DNA of 64,000 bases. It comes from the human T2T-CHM13v2.0 reference genome, Homo sapiens. The position numbers and the translations under genes were made by a program. Within the stretch, counting starts at the first letter, position 1, and the number at the start of each line of letters is the position of its first letter. The notes beneath the pieces are model-generated. The model searched no databases. It had not been told where the DNA came from and saw only the letters and a list, made by a program, of their open reading frames with translations. Below, one piece after another: positions 29,126-42,630 of this stretch. The stretch lies in NCBI RefSeq assembly GCF_009914755.1, contig NC_060928.1. One strand, given 5' to 3'.

Positions 29126-30679
29126 TAGTTACTAAACATATTTAGTTATTGGAATGTCAGAACCAGATTTCATCACCAGTAAAAATTTTACTTTATGTTG
29201 CATTTCAAAAATTAAGTTAGATTTGTGTATATTCATTTGTGTTTAGTCACAAAGCATTGTTTTTGTAACTAATTAATGGTTTTTGTCTTGTTTTTTAAAA
29301 AATTTAGGGTGTGGCTGGAATGCATGCTGTAGCATGAGTGGCCTCCAGTGGTGTCTTTGAAGAATAGCATCACTGGGAAAGTCAAAGCAACAGGTGAAAT
29401 TTAAAAGATAAGAGCAATTTGCACATCAGCTAAGATGCTGTGGCACAGTCTAATTGGCAGGGGCTGGTGAAATAGAACATTAGATCTTCAAAAATGGAAG
29501 GTGAGAACTACCCTCTTCCAATGTTGGGATTCCTCAGTGGCAAGAAGTGCTCTGATGCTGAGTGATGCTTGACTGCAGTTATTACTCAGGAATTTTTCAC
29601 AGAGGAAACATCAAGGTTTATATTGATTTTCTTTTTCTAGAAGAGACTTTTTTAGGCTGCATTTTTTTCTACTGTGTTGATGCTTCAGAATATATCTTTA
29701 TTATTTACCTTTTTTCCTTTTGTGCCTTTTTCTTCTTACAGCTTTTAATTTGGTTATATACTCCAAGAACTCTAAAACTGTACCTATATGAGTAAAAATT
29801 GTTACACATAAAATGCGTTTTTGATTTGGAGTCATTTTAATGATGAATTTAGGTGCCTGAGAGTGTGCCTGTGATTTGTATCAGGCACGAAGACAAGAAA
29901 TGTTTAGATCTTGAACTGCTATGTTCTGGCATGTCCTATCTCTTTATTCTTTCTTTCTATTATTCTATTGTTATCCCCAGTAGAGGAAATGTAGAATCAC
30001 AAATTAGATTATGAGGATTGGGGGAGAATCTAGGTTACAATAAGTGAAACAGATTTATACCTTTCTGTTTATAAGTATAATAATAATTCTTTTATAAAAA
30101 TAGAATTCTTTATCATATGAAAAGGAGAACTAGTTTCTTGTATAAATACATTTGTACTCTACATCTCACTGTCTGTGCATGCTCATATTATGTCTTCCTA
30201 CAGTTTTTGTCCGTGCATGTTTATAGTAGTTAACTGCAGGCTCTCATCTGTGCTAATGAGTCTGGTGAGCCACTTCGTTGGCTGCCATGTGGAATCTGAG
30301 CACATCTTTCCTTTATTCCATGTCCCTCTGGTCTATCACCAGGCTCCACTGGGATACAAAGGTGCATATTGTCTGATTAGAACCCTTCTTCCCCATGGTG
30401 CTCTGATGAGGGGCTGCCAAAGTAGTGTAGCTGTGCTCCAGCGTCTTACAAAGTTCATCCCGATTCTTCCTATAGGGTTCAAATATAAGGAGCACTCAGA
30501 AGCTGACCAGGAGTTCAGTGCCTGTGACAGCAGCCAGCCTTTCCTATTTTATGAAGGACACCTTGTCACTGCATGGGTCTCCTTATGAATTGCTCCATCT
30601 TCCGTTTGAATGAGCTGTTTACAAAAGTCTCCCAGTCTCCTCATCAATCAGGATTAATTGATTTGTTAAATAACTGATT

Positions 30680-31085
30680 AATCACTGGAACCAATGAAAC
30701 CCCAAAATCACAGTGACTTAAATAAGATAGTAGTTCATTTCTCTCCCACATAAAATAAATCCAGACGTTGGTAACCTGGGGCTGGTAAGGCGCTCCATGG
30801 GCTCAGGAATCCAGGGTCCTTCTATCTTGCTTCTCTGCCATCCTTACCATGAGGCTTCCACCTCACAGCCTGAGCTGATGGTTCAAGCTGTAACCATCAT
30901 GTCCAGCAGAATCACAAAAAGTGGATAGCAGTATTTATGCTTTATCTTTAAGGCCACTTCCAAAGCTGCAAATAACTCTTTTTAAAAAAATTCTATTGGT
31001 CATCACATAGTTACATGACCATACTTTGCTTTAGATGAGACTAGGAAATGTATGCTGCAGGAGCACATATGCAGCCATGTGCCCA
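30680..31085 (-). mobile_element. MLT1-family LTR relic
   Basis: ccccaaaatcacagtgacttaaataagatag...tccttctatcttgcttctctgccatcc...gcagccatgtgcccaacta. Confidence 0.6.
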
Positions 31086-31499
31086 ACTATTACTATTATT
31101 ATTGTTGTTGTTATCATTATTATTTTATCAAAGCAAGAAGGGAGACCATCTATTGAAGAATAAGCCTTCAATGCTGTATGTAGAAACATAGAAAAAAAAC
31201 CAGTAAGTCGATTTTGCCACAATACTTATGCAAGTAGGTCTCTGGAAGACTCATTCTACCAGTCCACACAATTTGTCTAAGTCTGGGCTTAAATTCAAGC
31301 TAAGACCTACTCCATTATATTTTGCTTCATTGTAAAGTACCATATGCCTTGGGCAAAAGCAATATTAATTGCTTCCAAAGCCATCAAGGGCTATTTTATT
31401 TGGACCTTTCTGTGGCAAATATTATCACTCCTTCAATTCCAGATTTGGGCTAGGATGTCTGTCATTTACAGAGTTGTCCAGTGTCACTTTTCCTTTTTT

Positions 31500-31798
31500 T
31501 TTTTTTTTTTTTTTTTTTGAGACGGAGTCTCGCTGTCGCCCAGGCTGGAGTGCAGTGGCGCAATCTCGGCTCACTGCAGGCTCCGCCCCCTGGGGTTCAC
31601 GCCATTCTCCTGCCTCAGCCTCCCGAGTAGCTGGGACTACAGGCGCCCGCCACCTCGCCCGGCTAATTTTTTGTATTTTTAGTAGAGACGGGGTTTCACC
31701 GTGTTAACCAGGATGGTCTCGATCTCCTGACCTCGTGATCCACCCGCCTCGGCCTCCCAAAGTGCTGGGATTACAGGCGTGAGCCACCGCGCCCGGCC
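31500..31798 (-). mobile_element. Young AluY (AluYe-lineage-like)
   Basis: CpGs nearly intact; variants cacctcgcccgg, gcaggctccgccccctgggg and gagtctcgctgtcgcc; perfect 15-bp TSD cacttttcctttttt. Confidence 0.93.
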
Positions 31799-32535
31799 CA
31801 CTTTTCCTTTTTTATATCATTAGATTTTCTTAAAGTGAGTCACTCATACTCTCTCTCTCTCATATGCTGGAATAGTCTATATGATGTGACCTTTGCACCA
31901 GTTGTGCCAGATGGTGTGCTTTCATGACAAGTATTCACTCCCCTAAATTATTCCCACAAAAAGGTATAGCTGATTTCTTTTTTTCTGATAGATCTCTGTG
32001 CTAGAGTTAAGTTAATAGAACTCATTCAGATTGGTTATGGTTGTCTTCAGGTCACTCAGCAACATAATTCCTTTTTTCTGAGTGAGTCCTAGCTTATACT
32101 CTGTAAGGTAGATTTGGCTGCGTTGAGCTATTGTCTAAGAGTGGTAGACTCCAGTATGCAAATTGCACCCAATTTATACAGCTTGGGAGTGTGTTTTCTT
32201 ATCAAAGATTACTGTATTTCCTAAACCAAAGGGAAAATAAATTAGGATGGACTAGTGTTAGAGAAAAAGCTACTGCTTTTGGTACATGTTCATTTCAGGA
32301 AGCACTGTGTAAATGAAAACTTTCCAATTTTTGCCCAAGGGCTGACTCTGTTTGAAGGACTATTAATTTTAGACATAATCAAGAGAAATTATAGGCCCAG
32401 ATGTAGGGAAATCAGAATGCTGCAAATATTTGAGCACTATTAATTATTTTAGCTTTTACAAAGCTAACTTTGAAATTTGAGTTAGCCATTAGCTCAAAGT
32501 AAAAACCCAAAATAGCTATAGATAAATTTTCCTCT

Positions 32536-32649
32536 TGTGTATATGTGTGTGTGCATGTGTGTGTGTGTGTATATATATATATATACATATATATACACAC
32601 ACACACATACACACACACATATATATGTATATATATACACACACACACA
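32536..32649. repeat. Compound (TG)n(TA)n(CA)n microsatellite
   Basis: Directly visible in the sequence. Confidence 0.95.
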
Positions 32650-32789
32650 AATCATAAATGTGCATGTGTATATATAAGATAAATAAAATGATAAAGTCTA
32701 AAATATCTTAGTGGTTTATAAATGCTATTCATGTAATATTGGACAAGCCATGTTTCAGAGTTTCCACTTTCTTTTTATATTTGCCTACT

Positions 32790-35700
32790 GAGTGAAATTT
32801 ATAGCATTGAATGAATTTTTTGGAAAAGAAAAAAGATTAAAATCCATCAATCTAAGCTTTTATCATAGAAAAGTAGAGAAGATAAAGAACTATATAAACC
32901 TAAAGCAAACAGAAGAAAAGAAATAAGAATTACAGCAGATACAAATGAAATTGAAAACAATAGAGTAAAATCAATGAAACCAAAAGCTGATTATTTGAAA
33001 AGATATATAAAGTTGATAAAATTTTAGTCAAACTAACAAAGAAAAGAAGAAAGAAAACACAAATTCCTAATATCAGAAATCAAAGAGGGATGGATCATCA
33101 CCGTTGATTCCATGGATATTAAAAGAGCAATAAATAAATATTACGCGCAACAACTAAGATGAAATGGACTAATTCCTTGAAAAGTACAATCTACCAAAAC
33201 CTATACAAAAAGAAATAGGTGATCTGTAAGTCTGTATCTATGACAGAAATCAAATCAATGGTTAATAACCTTCTAATAAATAAAGCACCAGGCTCAAATG
33301 GTTTCACTGATGAATTCTACCAAATATTTAAGGAAGATATGATAACAATTCTCTACAATGTCTTCCAAAAAATGGAGACAGAATACTTCCTAGTTAATCC
33401 TATGAGGCTGGTATAACCCTAATTCTAAAACCCGATAAAGACAGGACAAGAAAGGAAAACTACAGACCAATATCTGTCATGAAAATGATGTAAAAATATT
33501 GAACAGAAAGATTTATATACTATTATCAAGTGAGATTTATTCTGTGTATACAAGGCTGGTTCACCATTCAAAAGTCAATTAAGGTAATTCATCACATCAA
33601 CAGGCTAAAGAAGAAAAATCGTATGATCATATAAGTGAAGGTAGAAAAAGCATTAGACAAAATCCAACACCCATTCCTCAAAAAATAAAAAGAATCACAG
33701 AAAACTAGGAACTGAGGGGAACTTCCTTAACCTGATAAATAACATCTACAAAAGGCCTATAGCAAATATTAGACTTAATGGTGAGAAACTAGCTGCTTTC
33801 CCCCTAAGACTGGCAACAAGTAAAAATGTTTTCTCTTACTCTCATATTCTACATCATACTGGAAGCTTAGCTAATACAATAACACAAGAAAAGGAAATAA
33901 CAGATATATTGGGAAAAAAGAAATAAAACTCTCTTTGTTCACAGATGGCATAATTGTCTATGTAGAAAATCCCAAATGGTCAACAACAACAATAACAAAG
34001 ACCTCTTGGAACTAATATTGATGATAGTAGGATCACAGGATACAAGGTTAATATACAAAAGTCAGCTGATTTCCTATATACCATCAATGAGCAATTGGAA
34101 TTGGAATTTTTCATTAGCACCAAAAAATGAAATACTTATGTGTAATTCTAATAAGACACGTATAAGATATATATGAGGAGAACTACAAAACTATAATGAA
34201 AGAAACCAAAGGAGATCTAAATAAATATTCCATGTTCATAGATAAGAAGACTCAATATTATTAAGATTTCACTTCTTCTCAACTTGATCTATAGACTCAA
34301 TACAATCCCAATCAAAATCTCAGCAAGTTGTCTTGTGGATACCGACAAACTGATTCTAAAGTTTATATGGAAAGGCAAAAGACTCAGAATAATAAACACA
34401 ATATGGAAGAAAAATAACAGAGGACTGACACTACCCAACTTAAGACAGTATAAAGCTATAGTAATCAAGACAGTGTGGTACTGGTGAAAGAATTAACACA
34501 TAGATCAATGGAAAAGAATAGAAAGCCCAGAATAGATACACACAAATACAGTGAACTGATTTTTGACCAAGATAAAAGGCAATTCAATGCAGAAATGAGA
34601 GTGTTTTCAACAAATGGTGCTGTAATAACTGCATACCCACATGCGACAAAAAGTGAATCTAGTGGCAGATATTATACTTTTCGCAAAAAGTGATGCAAAA
34701 TGGATCAAGAGTTAAATGTAAAATGTAAAACGATAAAACTTCTAGAAGATAACATAGCAGAAAATCTAGGTGACCTTGGGTTTGATGATGAGTTTTTAGA
34801 TACAGTACCAAAAGGATAATTCAGGAAAACAAAAATTGATAAGTTGGGCTTCTTTAAAATTTAAAACTTCTGTTTTATGAAAGACACAGTTAAAAGAATA
34901 GAAAGACAAGCCACAGGCTACAAGAAAAAAAATCTTTGCAAAACACATATCTGATAAATTGTAGCCATTATATACAAAGAAATCTTCAAACTCAACAACA
35001 AGAAAACAAGCAATCCAGTTTACACATGTGTAAGTGATCTGAACAGATACCTTATCAAAGAAGATATACAGATGGCAAAAGATGCATATGAAGAGATGCT
35101 GGACATTACATCTCATTAGGAAATCACAAATTAAAACAAGATGTTGTTTTACAGTACAAACCTATTAGAATTACTAAATCCAAAACACTGACAATACTGA
35201 ATGCTGGCGAAGAGGTGGAACAACAGAAACTGTCATTCATTAATGTTAAGAATGCAAAATGGCACAGCCACTTGGGAAATCAACTTGGTAGTGTCTTAGC
35301 AAGGCTAAACACAGTCTTACTGTACAATCTAGTGATCATACTTCTAGGTGTTTACTCAAATGAAATGAAAACTTAGGTGCACACAGAAATCTGCGCTTGA
35401 ATGTTTACAGCAGCTTTATTCATAATTGTGAAAAATCAGAGGCAACCAAGATATCCCTCAATAGATGAATGGATAAACTGTGATATTACAGTTTACAATG
35501 GAATATTATTCAGTGACAAATGAACTATAAAGCCACAAAAAAATATGCAGCAGCTGTAAGGGCATATTGCTAAGTGAAGAAACAAGCCCTTTTGAAAAGG
35601 CTACATACCATTTGATTCAAACTATATAACATTTTAGAAAAGGCAAAACTTTAGAGATAGTAAAAACATCAGTGTTTTTCAGAACTTTTGTGGGGAGAAG

Positions 35701-35880
35701 GGGAAGTGATGAATAGATGAAGCACAGGGAATTTTTAGGGTCGTGAAACTGTTCTGTATGATCTTGTAATGCTGTGTGATCCTGGAATACATGACACAAT
35801 GTACTTGTCCAAACTCATAGAACTGTACAACATAAAGAGTAAACTCTGATGCAAATTGTAGACCTTAATTAATTAAAAAA
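32790..35880 (+). mobile_element. Degenerate L1 (L1MC-like) ORF2 remnant plus 3' UTR, ~3.1 kb
   Basis: ORF2-like peptides KAPGSNGFTDEFYQIFKE and IPIKIS...LILKFIWKGKR...YKAIVIKTVWYW, broken by stops and frameshifts. Confidence 0.92.
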
Positions 35881-36259
35881 TAGAATAAAATCAACAACAA
35901 AAACATTTTTCCGAATTATAGAGATTACTGTTGATAACATGTTCATGTATCTCTTTCCAAATGTATATATGTAAATGTATCATAATTAGTTTTTTACATA
36001 CATGAATGAATTTGATATTTCTCCCTACACTGCCAAAAATCAGGCTTTGACTAAATACAGAGTAACTTTTTGCAGAGATAGTATTTCTTCTAGCTGTAAG
36101 AAGGAAATATCCTTAATTTCTCTAGGAAATTCAATATGGATCCCAAGGGATGTGTCAAATTCTAGGCATTAGTGGTGTTAACTGGACTCTAAAGATACAT
36201 AACTTTAGCATTTTTAATTATCAATATTCCTTCCAATGTTCTTAGGCAACAACAAATTT

Positions 36260-37480
36260 TTCATTCTTTCATACATTCATGCATTCATTCATCTATCTAA
36301 GAAAAAGTTACAGAGCTCATATAACACGTCAGTTAATGTTTTTTGGCACCAGGAACTTGTCTTAGTGGAGTCTGTATTCCTATGGAGAGAAAAAAAAATT
36401 CAACAAATAAGAACCCAATTACCTATATTACTAGAAGTTGTGGTAGGTGCTATGAAAGAGGACACAGGTTTGTATAAGAGAGTTTTACAAGGAGACCTGG
36501 TTTGGCTTGAGTTGGGAATGCATTAAGGGAGGCTTCTATGACCAAGTTATACTGAAGCTGAGATTTGAAGGATGAGTCAGATGCAAGAATGAGGACAACA
36601 TTCCAGGCAGAGGGAAGTACACATGCAAGCCCTGAAGTGGGAAAGACCTTGATGCACATAGGGACTGAAAGAAGGCCAGTGTCACCGGTGTATGGTGAGG
36701 ATAGAGAAGCAAAGAGGGTCCAGCTCATGAAGGCTTTGGAGTTGTTACTAAGTTTAATGGAAATTTATTGGAATTATTTGGGCATTGGCTAGGTGGAAAC
36801 AATTCTATAATTTGACACTGTTACACTGAGAGGAATGGTGGAGGGATGGAGTAGAAGTAGGGTAGCTGATAGGATGTTATGGTTATAGACCTGGTGAGCA
36901 GCAGCGGTGGCTGGTGGCTGTGGGGATGAAAAAAAAGTGTACATGGAAGATATATTTTGGTGGAAAAATTTATAAGACTCAGGGATAGATTGAATGTGGA
37001 CAACTCCCAGGTGTTTGGCTGGGTACTATTCACTTAGATGGGGAAGCCTGGAGAAAAAAACATTTCGGGGGAAAAAATCCAAAAATAGTATGTGAGACAT
37101 CAAAGTGGATATGTCAGATGGGCAGCTCAGAAAAGAGGCTAGAACCAGAGATAGGAACTTTGGATTGAGCACATATATGAGATTTACCACCATGGGAGCA
37201 GATGCTGCTGGTGGGGCGCATGTATAGGCTAAGAAGAGAGGAAGCCCCAGGACAGTTCTGAATTTGAGTTCCGATAGAAAAGGAGGACACCTCAAAGAAA
37301 ACTGAAGCAAAGCAGAAAGACCATGAAAAGAACAGGAGAAAGTTGAGTGCCAGAACTAAGAAAAGAAAATTCCAAAAGAAGGAAGAATGTCCAACTGTGA
37401 AGTGCTGTTAAAAAGTCAGATAATCTGAGGACTGTCAAATCTCTATGAGATTTGGCAACGTGGAGGTCACTAGTAATTTA
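36260..37480 (-). mobile_element. LINE-2
   Basis: cattcatgcattcattcat 3' end; ttccaggcagagggaag..catgcaagccctgaagtggga; gatttggcaacgtggaggtcact. Confidence 0.75.
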
Positions 37481-39097
37481 GTAAGATATTTCCTAGTATC
37501 TTAACCACATACCTAGACGGAACTGAATTTCTAGATATCCTCCTCTTTATTGTTCTCACCTTTTGTTCCAGGACTAACTTCATTTTCAGTTCCTCTTCAC
37601 TTTCCCAAGTTATTTTCCTATCCATCTATTCTCCTCACTTTGGGCCAATAGAAAAGTATAACACAGGGAGGAGGGGAGGTGAGGAAAAGAAAACAGGACA
37701 AAAGTTAATGCAACATGGTATTTAATTTTGTGCATTCTTCACAGAATTGCTTTTCCTCCTTGTATTTGCCTAAGTATTTCATTTACTTAGAAAAACAAGT
37801 ATATTTTAATTTTAAATATTATCTGTTTCATCATGCTCAACATAAATGTAATCCTGTGTTGTCTACTCCTGAAGTGATTAAACTATAAATAGAGCTTTCT
37901 TTGCAACTTAATTTGCTATAATCCTTAGCATAAAATGAAGATGTCCTTAATGTGGAATGCAAATACTATGATATGGCTGATGTCATGAGGACTTGAAACG
38001 TTTCATCCTCTTTCACTAATTTTTTTTAAACATTCATATAAGAAAAGCCTTGGCATTAAATGCTAAGAAATAGGTGCTTAGATGGCCAGAAATTGACTGG
38101 GTTTGATGGCCTTCATGATACAAAAACATCAACTGTTTTAAAAATAGTATTATCTAAGACTGAAGATTTCTTTTAAGTGAGAAATGTATTTTGAAATTAA
38201 GGAAAAGAATGTCAGTGATGTTTTAATGGCAATTTTTGAAAGTAGTCAAAAGACACTCCAGTATATATCGTCATGAATTTATGACTAATGACTAAAATAA
38301 TTTAGAATTCTGCTTAGCACTAATCAAAATCCAGTTAAAAGACTGCTTTTGTACTTTTGAAGCACGTAAGATCTTTGGAAATGCATTACTGAATATTATT
38401 TGTGCTTTTAATGCTTCATCAACATTTAGGAGTACAAGCTTCCATTGTCAGTGTTTTAAAAGTCAGCTATGTAAAGCTGATAGAGTATACATATTAAATA
38501 TATCCATTAGTCATTCTCAGGAAGTGGAATATGTACACACATCTGAATATTTGCTTAAATATAAAACAAGAGTAAGATGTTTAAGCTTCAATGTAGAATA
38601 AAATACTGATATTTGGGTTTTAGGTTAAAAAATATTAGTTGTGATTTTTGTCCCCCTTTTCCTCCATGCCTTTGATTCCTTCCCTCTGAAGACAGACAAA
38701 ATCCTGACTTAGGCAGTATTTTTTAAAATACCAAGGGTCTCGGAAACCTAGGGTTTGATAAGTAAGAGGAACAGATCAAATTCTAAATCTCCTTTGTCCA
38801 CATTGTCATTCTCCAGCTTGTTGTTCTTTTCAGTGGTGAGGTAAGAATATAACTCCTACTTAATGTTCCTGTTCCTTAGGTGAAACACTACCACCTTTTG
38901 TTCAAAAGTTAGATGCTGGGGTTGTTGCTGTTGTTGTTTTCTTCTTTTCTTCCTTTACTTTTTAGATTTTGATGGAGACGTGGTAGGAAGTCTGGGCTGG
39001 GAAATGAGGTGAAAAAGAAAAGCAATTAGTTTGTCTTTATACAAAATAAAACCTTCTAAAAAACCTTATTATCACAAAAAAGAGCTCTACAAATCTA

Positions 39098-39469
<372 letters not shown>

Positions 39470-40979
39470 AAAAACATGTATAATTGGGAAAAAACTGAAA
39501 GAGAATGCAGGATCATAAAAATATAGCAAACAAAGTGAGTGGGATTTAAAATTAGTGGAATAAGAAATAATGGGTAACAATGAAGAACATAATTTAGGTA
39601 ATAGTATAGTATCTTGGGAGCCCTCCTGGAAGTATCTAGTTATGGACAGTGAGCAGCAGAAACAGGATGTAACTCAATTCAGCATACTTGATGGTTGTGG
39701 TAACCCTAGAAAATGACTCCAGGAAATAGGTGAGAATCCAATCAGATTGAGAGGCTAATGTTCATGACAGGGGTGCCCTAGCAGACAGGCAAAGCTGAAT
39801 AGAAATTCAGGAGGAGAGGAATTTTGGCTATTTAGTAAAATTATGAGCAGTTGGTCATAGGCAAATTTTATGAGTAGGTAGCCCTTCTGAAGTCTTAGGC
39901 ATATAATTAACCTAGGTTGGAATTATAATTAGACATCAAAGTTTAAACTTTTTTATCTGAACCGAGATGCAAAAGTAAATTGGTTCTGTGTTCTGGAGAA
40001 TTGTAAAAGAATTCCTTAATTCCTTAGCAAAATTTGGAAGTCAGTATCAAGTGGTGAGGATAGGAAAGTTGAAGAGACTGTGGACCAGGCAAGACCTTAT
40101 CAGTTGATTTAGGAAGCAGCAGTGACAGAGGCCAGACAGGTAACAAGAGAAAAGAGAAGGTGGAAAGTAAGAGACAGTTTTAATTGCTACGATAGAAAGA
40201 TGGGATTTTGAAAAGATTAGCTATATGGAATAAAATTAACCAAAAATTGATCCAAGATTATAAGAAACTATTTCAAGACTCATTAATTTTACTATTGCTG
40301 TCAAACACACATTAAATCATTTTCCACTTGGGTCAGCTATAGGCATGAAGGTTCATTTGTGAAACAATTTCTGTAGAGTATTATTCCATGATCTGACATG
40401 CTTCACAAACTGTGTTTGTACATCCAACTTAAAAGCTGAATAGTCTATGGTAATTCTGCCATCATGTTTGAAATTTTCTTACCTTAAACAAAAAACCTGA
40501 TCATATTGTATTACTCAAATGTGTGTAAGACTAGATTTAACTTAATGTGTACTAGTGTACAGTGTGAGACTGCATAAACAAACTTTAAAGAAATTCGTTA
40601 TACATATTTTGATTTAACCTACAATGAAGTTAAGAGAAATCCTTAACCCCATTAGAGATTTGGGAGAGGGATGTGGCAACTGCTAACTTATAAATATTTT
40701 GCTAATGCTTAAATTTTACTAGCTTTCTGTCAATTCCTATTTTTACTCAAAAAATTATATAGTATTTAAATTTATAATTTGTATTCAGTTATTCTAGCTT
40801 ACTATTATATGGTATGGCTTGACGGAAAGGACATTGTCTTCTTCTCTTCTGCAAAGCAGAAAAATATCCACTAAACACAAAAATATACACAGCAAGTGTT
40901 AAAGTAGCCCTCTAAACCTTATGAAGACTTTTAAATCCTCAAATAGTACTTCAGAGCAACTGGATTTAATATCTTTCAT

Positions 40980-40991
40980 CCAGCAGAGGGC
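40980..40991 (+). promoter_or_regulatory. Candidate CTCF site
   Basis: CCAGCAGAGGGC matches the CTCF core consensus; motif only. Confidence 0.35.
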
Positions 40992-41538
40992 TACCAAACT
41001 CCATTAGTTTCTGTGAACACACATGACAAAAAAATTCAGATGGGTTATTTCAGTGGTTTTCAGATTGTTTTAAGCAGCAGATCCTTTTCTTAAGATAGAG
41101 TTTTACAGTGTGGAAGTGAGATACACTCTCTGCTTTAATTGGAGAAGGGCCTCCAAGCTGCCTCTCCAGAAGGCCCAGAGAGGTGTGGAGGATAATTGAA
41201 ACCCTCCACTCTGATTTATCCAAAAATACACTCCCACATTTAAAGTCAGCTCTTTTTGGGATCAGTCGTAATCCTTAATGCTGACACCGCATGGAAAATA
41301 TATAAGCAGAATGATGCCCAAGTTATAGAAGTTCCTCTTCCTGGATTTTGTCTTCAATTGTAACTGTAGTTCCTACCGTGTGGTTGTATGTGTTGTTAGT
41401 TTGTTTTTGTTTTGTTTTGTTTGGGAAAGGTGACATTTCATCTCCAATCTAATGAGTGAGAAAGATGCTTATTCTGACAAATTTTCTTCACAATATTTCA
41501 TAGGTGTGCCAAGCTGACAGATTGGTTGACTCTGTACT

Positions 41539-41673
41539 CTTTTATTTTATTCCTGTAACTGGGCCAGTTTCTGCCCTTAACTAAAACTGGATCAATTATA
41601 GGAGTGAAATAAAGGTCCATCTCCTGCCTATTTATTACTTTGCTTTGGTAATAAATCTATTTTTAAAAGAACC
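41539..41673 (+). ncRNA. MIR1243: microRNA-1243 locus (mature AACUGGAUCAAUUAUAGGAGUG at 41585-41606)
   Basis: 41581-41673 matches my recall of the 93-nt annotated precursor; the best hairpin visible in the sequence spans 41539-41615. Confidence 0.85.
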
Positions 41674-41938
41674 TATTACAGAGACTTCCATTTGGAATTA
41701 TGCATACTTGGTGTCAAATGGTGATTGTTTTTTGTTGTGTTTTTCCATTCGAAACAAAGCTTTTGTGAGGCGTCCCTTTATTCTGATTAAGGCCTGGTGT
41801 AAATCTTTGATAATGAAGCCCATTAACAAAAATGACTATAAATAGCTCTACTTCTATCAGGGATATTAAATACTTTCTCAAGCACACATGCTCACTGATT
41901 TTAAGACTCATTCCACAGTGTTCCAAGTTGCGTGTTAG

Positions 41939-42259
<321 letters not shown>

Positions 42260-42439
42260 TAGTCATAAAGAGTGTGAGCTTATTAATGATGCTGACCATT
42301 CAAAGTGATCAGCAATCTCTTTGCACACACACTATCTCTGGGGATGAGTCTATCTATTTCCAGTCCATCCATCTTGTTTTGGTCTTGTAAATCTACTTTA
42401 TTATCTTATGCTTTTATATTCATGTTTTGTTTCAGAACA

Positions 42440-42630
42440 ATAATCATAGTAGTATCATTTATTGATCTGTTACCAGTGTTTTACATGTGCTATTTCACTT
42501 GGTTCTGTTAGGTAGATATTGTCTTCATTCATGTGAAATGAGATTGAAGCCCATAAAGGTGAAGTAATGCACCCAACATAGAACCCAAATTAGGATTCAA
42601 AAACCCAAATTTGATGCCCTCTACCACATA
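42440..42630 (-). mobile_element. MIR SINE
   Basis: ctgttaggtagatattgtc...gagattgaagcccataaaggtgaagtaatgcacccaa. Confidence 0.5.

Noticed and set aside
30175-30588. Longest ORF in the track (137 aa)
   Set aside because: GTG start, no recognisable homology and no convincing splice context; consistent with chance.
31369-31707. 112-aa ORF, and similar ORFs at 3338, 19716, 39213, 41951, 42007 and 63192
   Set aside because: They are translations of Alu sequence.
33219-35116. ORFs with reverse-transcriptase/ORF2-like peptides
   Set aside because: These are fragments of a dead L1 with many stops and frameshifts, not a gene.
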